From: Raillietiella orientalis
Taxonomy: Eukaryota
Length of the DNA: 64,000 nucleotides
Direction of reading: 5' to 3'
Assembly (NCBI GenBank): GCA_036172245.1
Contig: JAYWIR010000108.1
Location: forward strand, 1-64,000
Shown: piece by piece, positions 11,352 to 24,347 of the stretch
Numbering within the stretch: position 1 is the first letter of the stretch
How the letters are laid out: the number at the start of each line of letters is the position of its first letter
Notes under the pieces: model-generated
Told to the model about the DNA's origin: nothing
The model's database searches: none
What the model saw: the letters and a program-made list of their open reading frames with translations, nothing else
Made by a program: the position numbers and the translations under genes

Positions 11352-14300
11352 TTTTCACCCGGTTGCGCCGGGACGTCTGTTCTTTTAAATAAAACAAACG
11401 TTGGTGGCTGACCAGGTGGTCCGGCCACGCACTGGTATACAAAATTAAGCCTGCCGGTTCACCGGTTCGTATTTCGGCACGGTCCACCGCGACAGCAGAG
11501 GGGCCAAGGACAAAACAAAAAATAAAAAAAAACAAAATTTATGAAATCAAGATCTGGGGGCCACGGGAAGGGATCAGGGTCTGCTGTGGGGCCGCTACAT
11601 CCTTTGCAGGATACAGGCAAGCTGTTTTTGGATGTTTGAATCCAGATGGTTCCATCCTGTTGCCTTTCGTATAAATTCGGCTGTGCACTGGACGGCACCC
11701 TTATCGCGAGGCCCTCCCGTTGCTTTGCCCTATGCAGCGACGATGCCGCGAAAGAAGCACAGAGCTGCTTACGCGGCCGAGGGCCGAAGGGTGTCGCAAA
11801 CGAAGAGGGATCTGATTGCGTCTCTTGGGTTGCCACAGAAGTTACCGATTGCCGCGGCAAAGCGGTTCCAAAGGGGCCGAAGAGCCACACAATCCAAAAG
11901 GAGGTGAGTGAGAGAATCCCGTTCTCCACACCTCGCACAATTAGGGCTCAACGCTCCCCAGGTCCAATGGTGTCGGCGGACGTTACAGGGGAGTCACCAA
12001 TGCTGCAACAATAGCGCCGACTCCTGCCATTTTAAAAGGAGAGTGGAGGTGTTCATCAGCACCGGGGGCCACTTTAATTGTTCCCGCGGAACATTAAGCA
12101 GCTCGCCGCAGCGCGAAAGTCCAATAGAAGTGGTAGTCCGGGCCGCGGTTTCGCAGAGAATTCCCGTTTTCCATTCCCCGATCCTTTTCTCCGTACCGGA
12201 GATCTTCATGTAAACATCCCATTTTGCAGCAGTGTTGCTGTTTAAATGTTCCGCGAGCGGAAACAGCATTGCAGCGAGGGAAGTTTTTCTTGCCCACGCT
12301 CGTTTTGGGGGGTTCTTTAGGACCTTCCATAGCGTCGGGCGGTCATTACGGGCGAAGAATTGTCTGTGCCCTTCTTGGGTGCGTTGCTGGTTGCTGTTTG
12401 CCCACGTCTGAACCGATTCCTGCAGCCATGCAGGTCCGTTAACGGGGCGACAGCAGAGCCATCCTGCGTTCTTCCTCATCAGGTCAGACACTCTCCGTAG
12501 CTGCAACCCGCAGTGAACGACTTGGCTGCGCCGACGGAGTGCAAGGAAGGATGACAGTCCCACCTTCCCTGTAGCCTGCTCGACGAGAAGACGTGCGGGC
12601 TCGCACCAACTGCTATTCCAATATTTCGCCACTAGGGCGAGTAACCGAAACTGCAGCTGGAGCTCCAGCCGCTCTAGCGTCAGGAGGCCGAGACCGCCGT
12701 CCCGACGCGGAGCGCTTAAGTCCTCAAGCCGGTCTCGGGCCCTCCCATTACCCCACAAGGCAATAATTAGGAGGTCCTTCGTCCGCTTTTTAGTCTCTGT
12801 GGTGAAAAGAGAAACAAAAAGCAGGGAACGGAGGAGGGGCGCTGCGAATGCGTTCCACACCGCGGCCCGTTCCGGCAGGAAAAACTGGCGGCCTTGGAAC
12901 GGGCCGATCGCCGTCTCTACCTTTTGAAGGCAGCTGGACCACGCATCCGAAGGGAGATAATCACCCATCGGCACACCGAGGTACTTGAATTCCCGTACCG
13001 TGGGGATCCTTAAACGGACCCAGTCCGGCTGCCCTGCCCACGGCGCACCGATTGGCATGACGGACGACTTCGCCCTGTTCACCTCAAGCCCTGTTCCCCG
13101 GCTTAGCAGGTCGAACAACTATTCGACCGCCGATGCGGGGCTGGACATAGGGAGCAACAGCAGTAGGTCGTCCGCATATGCTGACACCGCGGGCGTACCG
13201 AGATAGTCGCGCCGCAGGTGCTCTAGAGTTTCCCTGTACGCTCTCAGTACCAACTCGAAGTAGGTACTGAAGAGCAAGGGAATCAGGCTGTCTCCCTGCC
13301 GTATGCCGTGTCGCACCGGTACGCCCTGCATGGTGTGTCCACTGAAAAAGATCTGGATGAGCGCGTCGCGCCAGCAGGATCGCAGGTAGGTCAGCAAAGA
13401 GACCGGAAAGCCCAAGCGTTCCAGGAGCTCCAGGAGGAGCCTCTGGTCGACACAGTCGAATGCTTTATGCAAATCGACTGCGACTGCGAGGGCTCCCAGC
13501 TCCCCCAACCATATCGTTTCCTCGCGGCGGTCATTCCGAAAGTGCGCTTGCGTTTCCTGACGCTTTCCTGTTGGTGCGCGAGAAAGGTGCTGGCGAGGAA
13601 CAGGCTGGCATCCATGCTCCGCGCGGGAACAGCATATGTCTGCTCCGGGCTAAAGAAGCTTTCCGCTAACCGCCTCAGGCGTTCAGCTCAGAATTTCGCC
13701 AGCAACTTGGCGTCCACGTTCATCACGGTAATCGGCCGCCAGTTGCTCATGCTCCGAAGGTCTCCTCCCTTAGGGAGGAGACGCACCTTTGGCGAACGAA
13801 ACGAGGTGGGGACGTCGCCCGTTTCGCGGATCAGCAAGGAAAGTTTCTTCACCAGAAGAGTGAGCTCTGCCGCGAAACATTGAAAAAATTCCGCTGGCAG
13901 GCCGTCCTCCCCTGGAGCCTTCCGCCTCTTGAGCTTTCCGATGGCCGAGATGATCTCGCCCATCGTGAAAGGCTCGTCGAGGGTCTTTCTATCTGATATC
14001 TCCCTGATCGCCGGAGCGCTTTCCGGAAGAAGAAGTCGCGAGACATCCCGTTCCGGTGGAGCGCGCGCGTACAGGAAGAAGTACAATTTATTTAATAAGC
14101 CTTTTACGTGGGCGGGGGCCGAGTGCTCCGAACCCTAGGCGTCCAGTAATCTGGCCGATTTGGATTGCAACCCCTGCCTCTCGGCTCTTGCGCGGTATTC
14201 GGCTAGCCTGAGTACGTCTGGTGTTCGCGAGTAACATCGAGATTGTGAATACCATCTCTCGTTACGCACGCTTTTACCAAACCCGGAAGGCACGAGGTTC

Positions 14301-16890
14301 ATTGGGAACTCGTCGCAAAAATTTCGTACCGAGCGCTTGAAGCGGTCCCAGTCGTGAATCGTCTGCGGAAGAATCCGCGGAGATGTGAATCCGCGAGAGA
14401 TGCTCCGCGGCTTCCCGAAGTTTCAGCCAGTCCCCCGGTAAGCGCCACGCAGATGACGGCGGCCCCTATCGCGTGGGCGCACCTCGAGTACGATCCGGTC
14501 ATGGTACGACAGTTCCGAAGGTAACTTCCCGCGCCTGCCCACGCGTGAGCATAGGTGCTGGTCAAGAAACACGTGATCTATACTGTCGGTTATTTCCGGA
14601 TCTCCCGCGAATAAGTTGCGCGTGTGCATCTCCGCGCACAGCTCGTTCACGCGGTCCCGAAGTGTGTCGGACGCACATGACAGCAGGCGCAGGTTAAAGT
14701 CACCTGCGATTAGGTGCGCTTTGCGCACTCTTGCTTCGTCCAGATATTCGCGCCTCAGGGTAAGGAAGAAATCTCTCCTTGGCTTTGCCCTTAGCGCGTC
14801 GCTGCCGCTTGGGGCGTACACGTTGGTAATGACCAGATCGATGGATTCGGACAGCCTGATGGTCAACTGCCCAACGCGACCGGCACTATCAAACCATACG
14901 CCCTTTGCCGCAGCCTCGACAACTGGACGAAGAAAAAACGCGACACCGCAAGATTCAAGGGTGCCGCAACGCCACAGCAGCCGTCCACTCGAGATACGCA
15001 CGATCTCCGTTGCTTGATCTGCGGAGATCACGTGGATCTCTTGCAGCAGCACCAGGTCGAACGATGCCAGGGTGGAGGCCACGTTTCGTCTCTTGCCTTC
15101 GTCGGTTAGCACGTTTACGTTCCAACAGGGAATTCGCAGACGGCAGAAAGAGGCGATTTCTGGCATTAAGGCTGGGAACGTGACATTGCAGCACCTGTCA
15201 AGTGACAGGAGGGAGGGATGAGTAAGGGGACCGCGGCCATCTCAGGCACTTGAAGCACCTTAGGCACAGACTCAACCCTTTCCCTCCCTCCGGAGTCGCA
15301 GCGTGAGGTTACCTCTCGAGGAGAGTCCCCGAAGTTCCCCACTGTATTGGCACGCTCGCTTCTTTCAATTATCTCTTTCTTTTCCACGGACGGGATAATT
15401 TTGCGGGTAGCCTTCTTCGTGCGATAGGCCTTCGGGCGGGAGGCCGCGATGCCGCAGGCTGTGTTTTTAGCCTCTGCGTCAGAGTTCGGAATCTCCGACT
15501 TCTTGATCGGAGTCGGAAGCCTTGAGGCCTTTTACGCGGATTTAAGGGGTCTCCTTTGAGCGAGCTCCTCCGTTGCTCGCTCGAAGGCGACGTCGTCAAG
15601 CATGCGTTCGACGACAGACGCCACCGCCGGGTCGATAGCCTCCGTCATTAATTTGGCGGAGGGCTGAGAGTCGGCAGCGACGAGGGCATTTTTGACGCTC
15701 TGTTCGACCGCAGGAATTCGCTTGATGATGACAGAGCAGCGTTTGATCTTTTGGCGACACGGCAAATTCTCGCTCTGTTTCGCGACATTCTTTTTTGCTT
15801 CCTTGAGGCTTTTCTGCCTCTTGGATTTTGCTGCATGCCATCTAGGTTCCTGGCTGTTTTCCTCGACCTTGTCCGAGTTTTCCAACATCTCGGAGCTGAC
15901 CTTTACCTGGGGCACGATAGTTGTTTTTCGAGCGGCGGCTCTCCCTCGGGCTGCCTGAACTCGTCTTTTTCTTGCCACGCGCTTCTTCGCATTCGGTGCG
16001 GACGCGAAGCGGACTCCATTTTGCGGGCACACTGGAAGAGTGTGCCCGAATTGCTTGCATTGCTTGCACTGCAAGTGATGGCACATTTTTTTTAGGTGAC
16101 CTGAAGTACTGTAATGCCCGCAGAAATGCGGCCTACCGACATACCAGATGTCAACGGGTTCGCCGTTGACCTCCAGCTTGTTAGGTAGGGAGCAACCCTC
16201 GCGGACCGTAATGCGCGTGAAAGCCATACCGCAATTCAGGAGATCGTACTCCCAAAAGGGAGTCGGCCTTTTCCACAACGCGTGGACAGTTCCAAATTAA
16301 ACTTGTTCCTTTCGGACAGCCTCTTCGGCCATCCGGAAGATGATTCCGAGGAGGTGGATCACGATAGATCTATCCTCCGTGATGGGTAAGAGCCGGCAAT
16401 TCGCTAAGACAACAGGTGTACAAAGCAGACGCTGGGCAAGAGTTGCTTCTGTGCAAATCACCTCAACGTACTGTCCACCACTCCTGATGGTCCTCGCCAA
16501 GAGATCCTCCTGTGGTACTTTGAGGGAGTGCATCGCTTTCGAGAAAGCGCGCGCACTCTCAAAGGTGTAAAGGTTGCCTACCTTGTAGAGTAGAGGGGGA
16601 TTGTACCCCTCCTCCAGGTAGGCTTTTAACTCAGTCGCAGCCGCTTGCGTTGGCACCGCAGCCACGGAACTCCAGCTTCTCCCTAGCAAGATAGTCGCTT
16701 CTGTGGGGGCGGTTCCCCCCACATCCATTGATTCAGGAGGCGACATAGACGTCGCCCCCTCCTTAACATTGGTGGTGGTCCTAGGCATTGCTGCCTAGCC
16801 GCCACCAAATCCACTGGCACACCAAGAGAAAAAGAAAAAAAAATAAAACCACAAACCCTCAAGAGCGAAACAAAAACCCGTCCGCTCTCG
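11352..16890 (-). mobile_element. Full-length family B element inserted antisense in family E ORF2
   Basis: GGACGGG 5' motif at 16883; ORF1 16788-15166; TAATG overlap at 15166; ORF2 with endonuclease, DLHKAFD, GIRQGD, YADD, KYLG, CARC..H...C; terminal hairpin 11358-11372. The host reading (IREL | LEDWYDLKKS) resumes at 16891. Confidence 0.9.
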
Positions 16891-17031
16891 CTCGAGGACT
16901 GGTACGATCTGAAAAAATCGTTCCGGGAGTTCTGCTGCCGGTTTCCCTTGCACCTGCTTCTCCGCGGCTTCAAACAGGGTGTCGCGAACAGCAGATCCTT
17001 TCTGCAGGCGCGTACCTTCTCCAAATCTCCT
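16891..17031 (+). mobile_element. Continuation of family E ORF2 after the family B insertion
   Basis: LEDWYDLKKSFREFC.RFPLH..RGFKQGVANSRSFLQAR is homologous to QDWD...GFGEGVRNERAYLQAR in the other copies. Confidence 0.75.
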
Positions 17032-17350
17032 CTGTGGAGAGAGGACGTGCTTCCCTTGCTCTCCGCCTGCGTGGCAAGGCGAGTAGTTTTTTTCTTGAGT
17101 GGCTTGTGCGTGCACATCGTCGATGTCCAATGCCAGCGTTCCCAGAGGACATCTAGATGGAAGTAGGCCTGAGGGAGGCTTGTTCGTCCCCACAGCCTAC
17201 TGGATCAGGGACATCCACCCCGAAATTGTCCCCAGCGACGCCGAGGTCATGGAGCGCCATGGTGGCCGCGCCTAGAGTGGAAGCCATGGCCGAGATGGAA
17301 GCCTACAAGAAAGCGGGGTATAAACCCTTGCTAGTCTACAAGGTAGGCAA
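17032..17350 (+). mobile_element. Family A 5' fragment (5' UTR and ORF1 start)
   Basis: Closely matches 24249 onward (CTGTGGAGAG.GGACGTGC); WSAMVAAP..EAMAEMEAYKK. Confidence 0.85.
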
Positions 17351-17905
17351 GGTAGGCTTTTGGAGACGGCCGGACCAGGCTTCTGCTGCGCAGAAGTGCC
17401 CCAACGGTACGCCGAGGTACTTGAAGCATTTGCCCGTGGGGATCCCCTAGCGGATCCAGTCCGACCGTCCAGCCCACGCAGAACCAACGAAGACTATGCA
17501 CGACTTCGCCCAGTTCACCTCCAGGCCCGTCCCGCGGCGCAGCAACTCGAAGAAGTCCTCAAGTGCACTCGCCGGGGTGGACCCGGGAAGCAGCAGCAGA
17601 AGATCGTCTGCATAGGCCGACACGGCAGGCGTGCCGGCACACGAGCTCGGCAGTGTTGCCAGAGTTACCCTGTATGCCCTCAGCACCAACTCGAAGTAGA
17701 TACTGAAGAGCAAGGGGATCAGGCTGTCACCCTGCCGGATACCGCGGCGGACTGCCACGCCGTACACGTGCCGGCCGCTGAAACCAATATTAATTGACAC
17801 GATGCGCCAGCAGGAGCGCAGGTAGGACTGGAGCACAGCCGGGAAACCCATGCGTTCCAGGAGCTCCAAAAGGAGTTCCTGGTCGACGCAGCCGAATGCT
17901 CTGCG
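17351..17905 (-). mobile_element. Family C reverse transcriptase fragment (downstream half of a host split at KAFD)
   Basis: AFGCVDQELL...GIRQGDSL...YADD...KYLG. Confidence 0.88.
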
Positions 17906-17999
17906 TACTCCAGGGTGGACGTGTTTTCTCGGTGCTCCTCGTGCCAAGAAGTCTCTTCCGGTGCAAGCGTCGTGTGGTTCGGTGGTCGATCAGGCAGCG

Positions 18000-19600
18000 A
18001 TGCCTGACGCGACCACCAGGGATGGCCAGGGGGCAGCGGCAACACCGCCCCCAGAGGCGATGGCGAGACAGGGGGCGGCGGCAACGTCGCCCCCGGGAGG
18101 CCATTGGGTGGGGGCATCCGCCCCCACAGAATGGGTCCCCGCTGCGACGCGGGCGTGGAGCGCCGTTGTGTCGGCGCCATCGCCTGCAGCCGCTGCGGAA
18201 TTGTCGGCCTATGTAGAAGAGGGGTACAACCCCTCATTCTTCTAGAAGGTAAACAATTTATATTCTTTAGAGAGCGCGCGCGCCTTCTGGAAAGGCATGC
18301 GCGCTCTCGATGTGAAAGAGGAGGAGCTCAGCGCTATGATCATCCGCAGCGGAGGTCACTACGTTGAGGACATCTGCAAACAAGCAGAGCTGGCCCAACG
18401 ACTGCTTAAAACCCCCGTGGTGATGGGGACGCGCAGGCTCCTTCCTATTACGGCGGACCGCAGCATGGTGGTCAACCTGTTAGGTGTTACCGCGCGGATG
18501 CGCAAAGAACAGGTGCGCGCCGCGTTGGAGGAATACGAAACGGTCCACGCGCAGTGGACGGAAGTTAGTCCTTCCGAGGACTACACGGGGCTTCAACACG
18601 GCCTCACTGCTGCGCGCCTGACCGTTCGGGAGGGCTGCACTCTTCCCCACAAACTTGTGGTTGAAGGCGAAACCGTCGACCTCTGGTATGTAGGGAAGTC
18701 GAAATACTGTAGCTTCTCCAATACATCGGGCCACCCCGAAAAGAGGTGTCTCAATGTGCAGTGCCAAGTATGCGGCACAATGGGCCACACGAGGGAGGTG
18801 TGCCCAAAAGCAGCAGTGCGGGTGGTTTCCAAAAGAAACCTCAAAAAACTCGCCCGGCTTCTGCAGAAAAGGCTGGTGGCGAAAGCTGCCGCGAAGGCTG
18901 TACCACCTGCGCCCAAGACTCAGGCCGCACACGAGACCCAGGCGACCAACGCCGAAAAAGTTGAGGGAGCCGGCCAGGAGACTGAGTGGCAGGTGGCAAC
19001 GGCCAAAAAATCAAAGAACGAGAAGAGGATGGAAAATAAAATTGCCTACGCGTTTTCGATGTTGCCGAACGCTGCCGGAAAGAACTCGCCGCTACCGACG
19101 ACCTCCCCTCTGTTGAAACAGTCAACAGCGAGGGAAGCGAGCCGGCGGCGGTGTCCGTCATCGACAGCACTATCGATGACGTAGCCTGCGCGCGAGCCGC
19201 GGAGGAGCTGGCAGCCTCGTTGCAGCCGGAACCCTACAAGGCTGGCAAGAAGGCCGTAAGGCGTCCGGCCTCCCCTCAGGAGTCCCCCACTTCCGAACCC
19301 TAGGTGGAGGCCGGAAGCGCAGATTCCGTTTCTACCGCACCGCGCAAGAAGGCTGGACGTAAGTCCACAAAGCCAAGGAAGCTCGTCTCCCCCGTCGAAG
19401 GAGAAGAGATGGCTTCCGCAAGCGAGGGTGCCATGAGCGTGGGAAACTCTCGGGACCCGTCGCCCGAGAGACTCCCACGCACGGACACGGAAGGGATGGA
19501 GGGGATGGAGGCCGAACAGGTGCCTCAGGTGCCTGAGAAGGCCGAAACCTCCATGGACATCCCGCCCGCCTCGCAAGAGGAGGGCTCCCCCACACCTTAA
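18000..19600 (+). pseudogene. Family D ORF1 (RRM-like region and 2 CCHC knuckles), interrupted by stops and a deletion
   Basis: VDLWYVGK..YC.F....GH....C and CQVCGTMGHTREVC. Confidence 0.85.
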
Positions 19601-19614
19601 TCTTCCCAGCAGTA

Positions 19615-22600
19615 ATGCCGGGAATCTCCTCCCGCCGTCGACTGCGCATCGCCGTTTGGAACGTGAACGGCATGACAGACGCCGGCAGGAGACGAGACAT
19701 GGCCGCCCTTCTAAAGTCCTACGACCTTGCGCTGCTGCAGGAGATCCACGTGATCTCTGCAGAAGAAGCGCAAGAGATCGAACGGATCTCCGGAGGGCGG
19801 CCATGGTACAGGTGTGGGAGAGCGAAAAGTTGCGGTGTCGCCTACCTCCTACGGCCAGCCGTCGAGGCCGCAGTTCAAGGCGTGCGGTTCCACGATGACG
19901 GTCGTGTCGGCCAGCTGACTCTCAGGTGGTCCGACTCGATCGATGTGATCGTCACGAACGTGTACGCACCGAGCGGCAAGTTCCTGATGAACAGGAGGGT
20001 GAGGAAAGAGCTTTCCTTTGCCCTCCGGCGAGACTGGCTCACCGAAGCAGGCGTGCGGAATGCCCATCTGGTTGCAGGCGATTTCAACGTTTGCCTAATA
20101 CCAGATGGGCGGAATCCCGAGGTTGACCTGGTCAACGAGGTGTGCATGGCGGTGCACACCTTTATTTGTTGGCCAGTGCACCGGGGATAGAAGACAGCAT
20201 TGACCACGTGTTTCTTGACGAGCACCTGTGCCCTCGCGTGGGCAGGCGCCGCAATTTACCGTGCGAGCTGTTCGACCATCGCCCGCTAGTCCTCGAGATC
20301 CATCCGCGCGACAGGGGCCCCCCCTCGTCAGCATCGCGTCTCTCAGGGGACTGGCTGAAGCTCCCGGACGCGGCGGAACATCTCCGAACGTTCATACGGA
20401 GCTTCAGGCTGCGGACACTCCAGGATTGGGACCGCTTCAAGCGGTCGGTCCAGGAGTTCTCCGACCAGTTCCCCCTGCACCGCCTATCTACGGATTTGGG
20501 ACCGGGGTCCGCGACGAACGAGCGTTCCTGCAGGCCCGTCGTTACGCCAGGACCCCGGACATCCGCAGGCTGGCGGAATACAAAGCGGGAGCAGAGAGGC
20601 AAGCCTGGCAGTCCGGATCGGCCAGCGTACTGGACGATCAAGGCCAGGAGCACTCGCCACCTGCCCAAATCCGCGGCCTACTGCGGAGTTACTACTCCTC
20701 CCTGTATGCCAGGGCACCTCCGCTGGGGAACGTCTCATGACTCCTGCTTTTGGAAGGCGCTCCAGCGATCGAAGAGGAGCAGAGAAAGACCTTCGACGAG
20801 CCTTTCACGATGGACGTAGTCCTCTCGTCCATCAAAAAGCTCAAAAGGCGAAAGGCTCCAGGGGAGGACGGCCTGCCCGCGGAGTTTAATCAAACTTTCG
20901 CGGCTGAGCTTCCTCTTCTGGTACAGGAACTCACCTTGCTGATACGCGAAACAGGTGACGCTCCCGCCTCGTTTCGTTCGGCAAAGGTGCGGCTCCTCCC
21001 TAAGGGAGGAGATCTGAGGAGCATGAACAACTGGCGTCCCATCACAATAGTGAATGCGGACGCCAAGTTGGTAGCCAAGATGTGGGCAGAGCGTCTGGGA
21101 CGGGTTGCCAACATCTTCATCAGCACGGAACAGACATATGCTGTTCCCGGTCGAAGCATGGAGGCGAACCTGTTCCACGCTTCCACCTGGCTAGAGCTCC
21201 AACATGAAAGGAGCTTGATGCGCAGCCGGTATTCCGGTGCCTGCACCGGCAAGGGGTTGGATGGTCGGGTAGGGGAGGGAGCCCTAACGGTTGCAATCGA
21301 CTTGCGAAAAGCATTCGGTTGCGTCGACCAGAATCTCCTTCTGGAGCTTCTGAAACGCTTCAGCTTCCCGGCCTCATTAGTGGCCTATCTGCGCTCCTGC
21401 TGGCGCGACGCGCTCATCAATGTTACTTTCAGCGGGCAGACCGTGCACGGCGTGATGGTGCGGCGTGGGATCCGGCAGGGAGAAATCCTGAGCCCCTTGC
21501 TCTTCAGTACCTACTTTGAGGTGGTACTGAGAGCGTACAGGAAAACTCTGGCGCACCTGCCGCACGACTGTGCCGGTACTTCGGCCGTTTCAGCATACGC
21601 GGACGACCTTATGCTGCTGCTCCCTATGTCCACCCTGGCTGCGGCGGTCGAGGAGTTCTTCCACCTGCTGCATCGGGGAACCGGACTTACGGTGAAAACG
21701 GCGAAGTCGTCCGTGATGACAGTTGGTGCGGCGTGGGCAGGGCAGCAGGACTAAGTCCGTTTGGGGATCCCCACGGTGGGGCACTTCAAGTACCTTGGTG
21801 TGCCGTTGGGGGACTACTCCCCTGCGGAAGCGTGGTCCGACTGCCTCCAAAAAGTAGAGACGGCTATCGGCCCGTTCCGTGGCGGCAGGTTTTTCCTGCC
21901 TGAATGGGCCACGGTTTGGAACACGTTCGCGGCTCCTATCCTCCGCTCCCTGCTTTTTGTTTGCCCTCTACAGAGAGGATCAAAAAGCGGACAATGGACC
22001 TTCTATGTATCACCCTTTGGGGCAACGGGAGTGCCCGAGTTTGCTTAATAGACTTGTGCGCTCCTCGTCGGGATGGTGGTCTGGGCCTCCTGACGCTGGA
22101 GCGGCTGGAGCTTCAGCTCCAGTTCCGCTTGTCGGCACTCGTTCCAGAGTTGTGGTGCACCTGTTGGTGCGTCCCTACACGTCTCCTACTCCAGCAACCC
22201 ACCGGCAAGACGGGACTTACGTCGTTACTTGCACGCCGTCGCGGCGTCAAAGGATGCGGACTCCAGTTACGGAGGGTGGCTGCGCTGTATCGGAAAAACT
22301 AAATATTGCTCACCTGTCGCCCGTTGAACGCTAGCGCCTGGTTGCAGGAAACCGTTCGAACGTAAGGACAGTTCGGCATGCAACGCTCTCAGCAGGAACG
22401 AAGGTTCCTGTTTGGGGGTTACAGAAGTTGCACGCTCCGCGAGACCCTGGAGGATCCAAAGAAGAGAGCGTGGGCAGGAAGAACCCCCTCGCTGCTGCGC
22501 TGTTCTCCCTGATGGAAGATCTGGACAGCGATGTTGCGGCGAAGTGGGTGGTTACAGTAGCAATCTCCGGAAAGGAGAAGAAGATAGGGGAGTGTAAGAC

Positions 22601-23191
22601 GGGCCAGTTAACAGAAGCTGCCACCCCGAGTACGCCTCCCAATGAACTTCTGCGCTGATGCGCGCTGTTCGATGTTCCCATTGAACATCTGAAGTGGCCA
22701 CCGGTGCTCATGAACACTTCCGCCCTCCCCTTAAAATGGCAGGAGTCGGCTCTATTGTTGCAGCACTGGGGACTCTCCTGCAACGTCCGCCGACACCATT
22801 GGACCTGGGGAGCGGTGGACCCCAAATGCGTCAGGTGTGGGGAACGGGACTCCCTCCCCCACCTGCTAGTGGATTGTGTTGTCCTTCGGCCCCTTTGGAT
22901 TTGCTTACTGCGGCCGTCGGAATCCCCTGCGGCAACCCCGGTGACGCACTGAAAGCCCCCTTCGTTGCCGACGCCCTCCGGCCAGCGGCCTCGTTAGCAG
23001 CTTTGTGCTGCCTACGCGGGATCGTCACCGCTTAGAGCAAGGCTACGGGAGGACATCGCAACCAGGGTGCCTTCCAGCCAGCCTCCCAGTTCCTTAGGAG
23101 GGCGTTCCGATGGCACCATCTGGATCCAGGAATACAGAAGGAGCTTGCTGGCATCCTGCAAAGGATGCAACGGCACCACCAGCAACTGTGA
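19615..23191 (+). pseudogene. Family D ORF2 (APE endonuclease, RT, zinc finger), frameshifted
   Basis: WNVNG, LQE, NVYAP, GDFN, IDH; PGEDGLP, WRPIT, DLRKAF, GIRQG, YADD, KYLG; CVRC...HLLVDC. Confidence 0.9.
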
Positions 23192-23409
23192 TCCCTTTCC
23201 TTACCCTCCCAACTTTTCTTTTCTTTTTTGTTTGGTTTTTTGTTTTTCCCCCTTCCTTCTGCTGTTGTGGTGGACCGTACCGTTCTGCGAACCGGTGACC
23301 CGTCAGGCTCTGTGTTTCTCCGTGCGTAACTGGAGCAATAGTCCAGCCACCGCACGTCTTTGTAAAACTTTATTCTACAATAAACGCCCCGGCGAAATAC
23401 GGGTGAAAA

Positions 23410-24248
23410 TCGAATGCTTTGCGCAAATCGACCGCGACTGCAAAGGCTTCCGTCGAGTCCCTCCCACGCTCTATCCGATGTTCCTGGTTAGAGGGGAGCG
23501 CGAGGCACTTTTGACCATCCTGAGCAACGCTTTGTCGCAACTGCCACCATGAGCTGGCGAGGAGCAGGTTGGCCTCCATGGTTCGTCCGGGAACAGCGTA
23601 GGTCTGCTCGGGACTCACCACGAAAGCGGCCACCCGCCCCAAACGCTAGGCCCACAACTTGGCATACAACTTAGCGTCCGTATTCACTACTGTGATGGGA
23701 CGGCAGCTGCCAATGTTGCGTAGGTCTCCTGACTTCGGCAGGAGACGTACTTTTGCTGATCGAAACGAGGCGGGAACTTCGCCGTGTTCGCGGATCAGCG
23801 TACCTAGCTTGAGCACCAGGGGGGCCAGCTCTGTCGCGAAGTGTTTGTAAAATTCCGCGGACAGGCAGTCCTCCCCTGGTGCCTTCCTGTTCTTCAGCCT
23901 GTTGATGGCGGAGACGACCTCCACCAGCGTGAACGGTTGTGCCAACCTGCAACGATCCTCCTCCTTGAGCGCGGGGAGACCATCCGCCAGCAGGCGCTGC
24001 GCGAAATGGCGCTGCTGTGTTAGTGGCGCGTACAAGGACGACTAGAACACTCGCACGATGCGGCTTACCTGAGCTGGGCTGCAGCGCTCTTAGTCCTGAT
24101 GGTCCAGCAAGCAGACCAAGCCCGACTGCAAGGCCTGTCTCTCAGCCTCAGCCTCGAATTCTGAAAGGCGACGAACGTCGGGACGCATGCAATAACGGCG
24201 GGCCTTAAAATATGCCCGCTCGTTCCTGACTCCTTCGCCGAATCCCCG
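23410..24248 (-). mobile_element. Family C ORF2 linker and RT N-terminal fragment
   Basis: RGFGEGVRNERAY...APGED.L..RPIT...AVAVDLRKAF. Confidence 0.88.
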
Positions 24249-24347
24249 CTGTGGAGAGCGGACGTGCTTTTCCTGCGCTCCGCCTGCGTGGCATAGCGAG
24301 TGTTTTTTCTTATTAAGTGATTTGTGCGTGCACATCGTCGGTGTCCG

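Larger units (their letters stand above)
17906..23409 (+). mobile_element. Full-length family D element inserted antisense at the RT 'KAFD' site
   Basis: Imperfect 14 bp TSD CCGAATGCTCTGCG (17892-17905) / TCGAATGCTTTGCG (23410-23423); GGACGTG at 17917; AATAAA at 23379. Confidence 0.92.
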
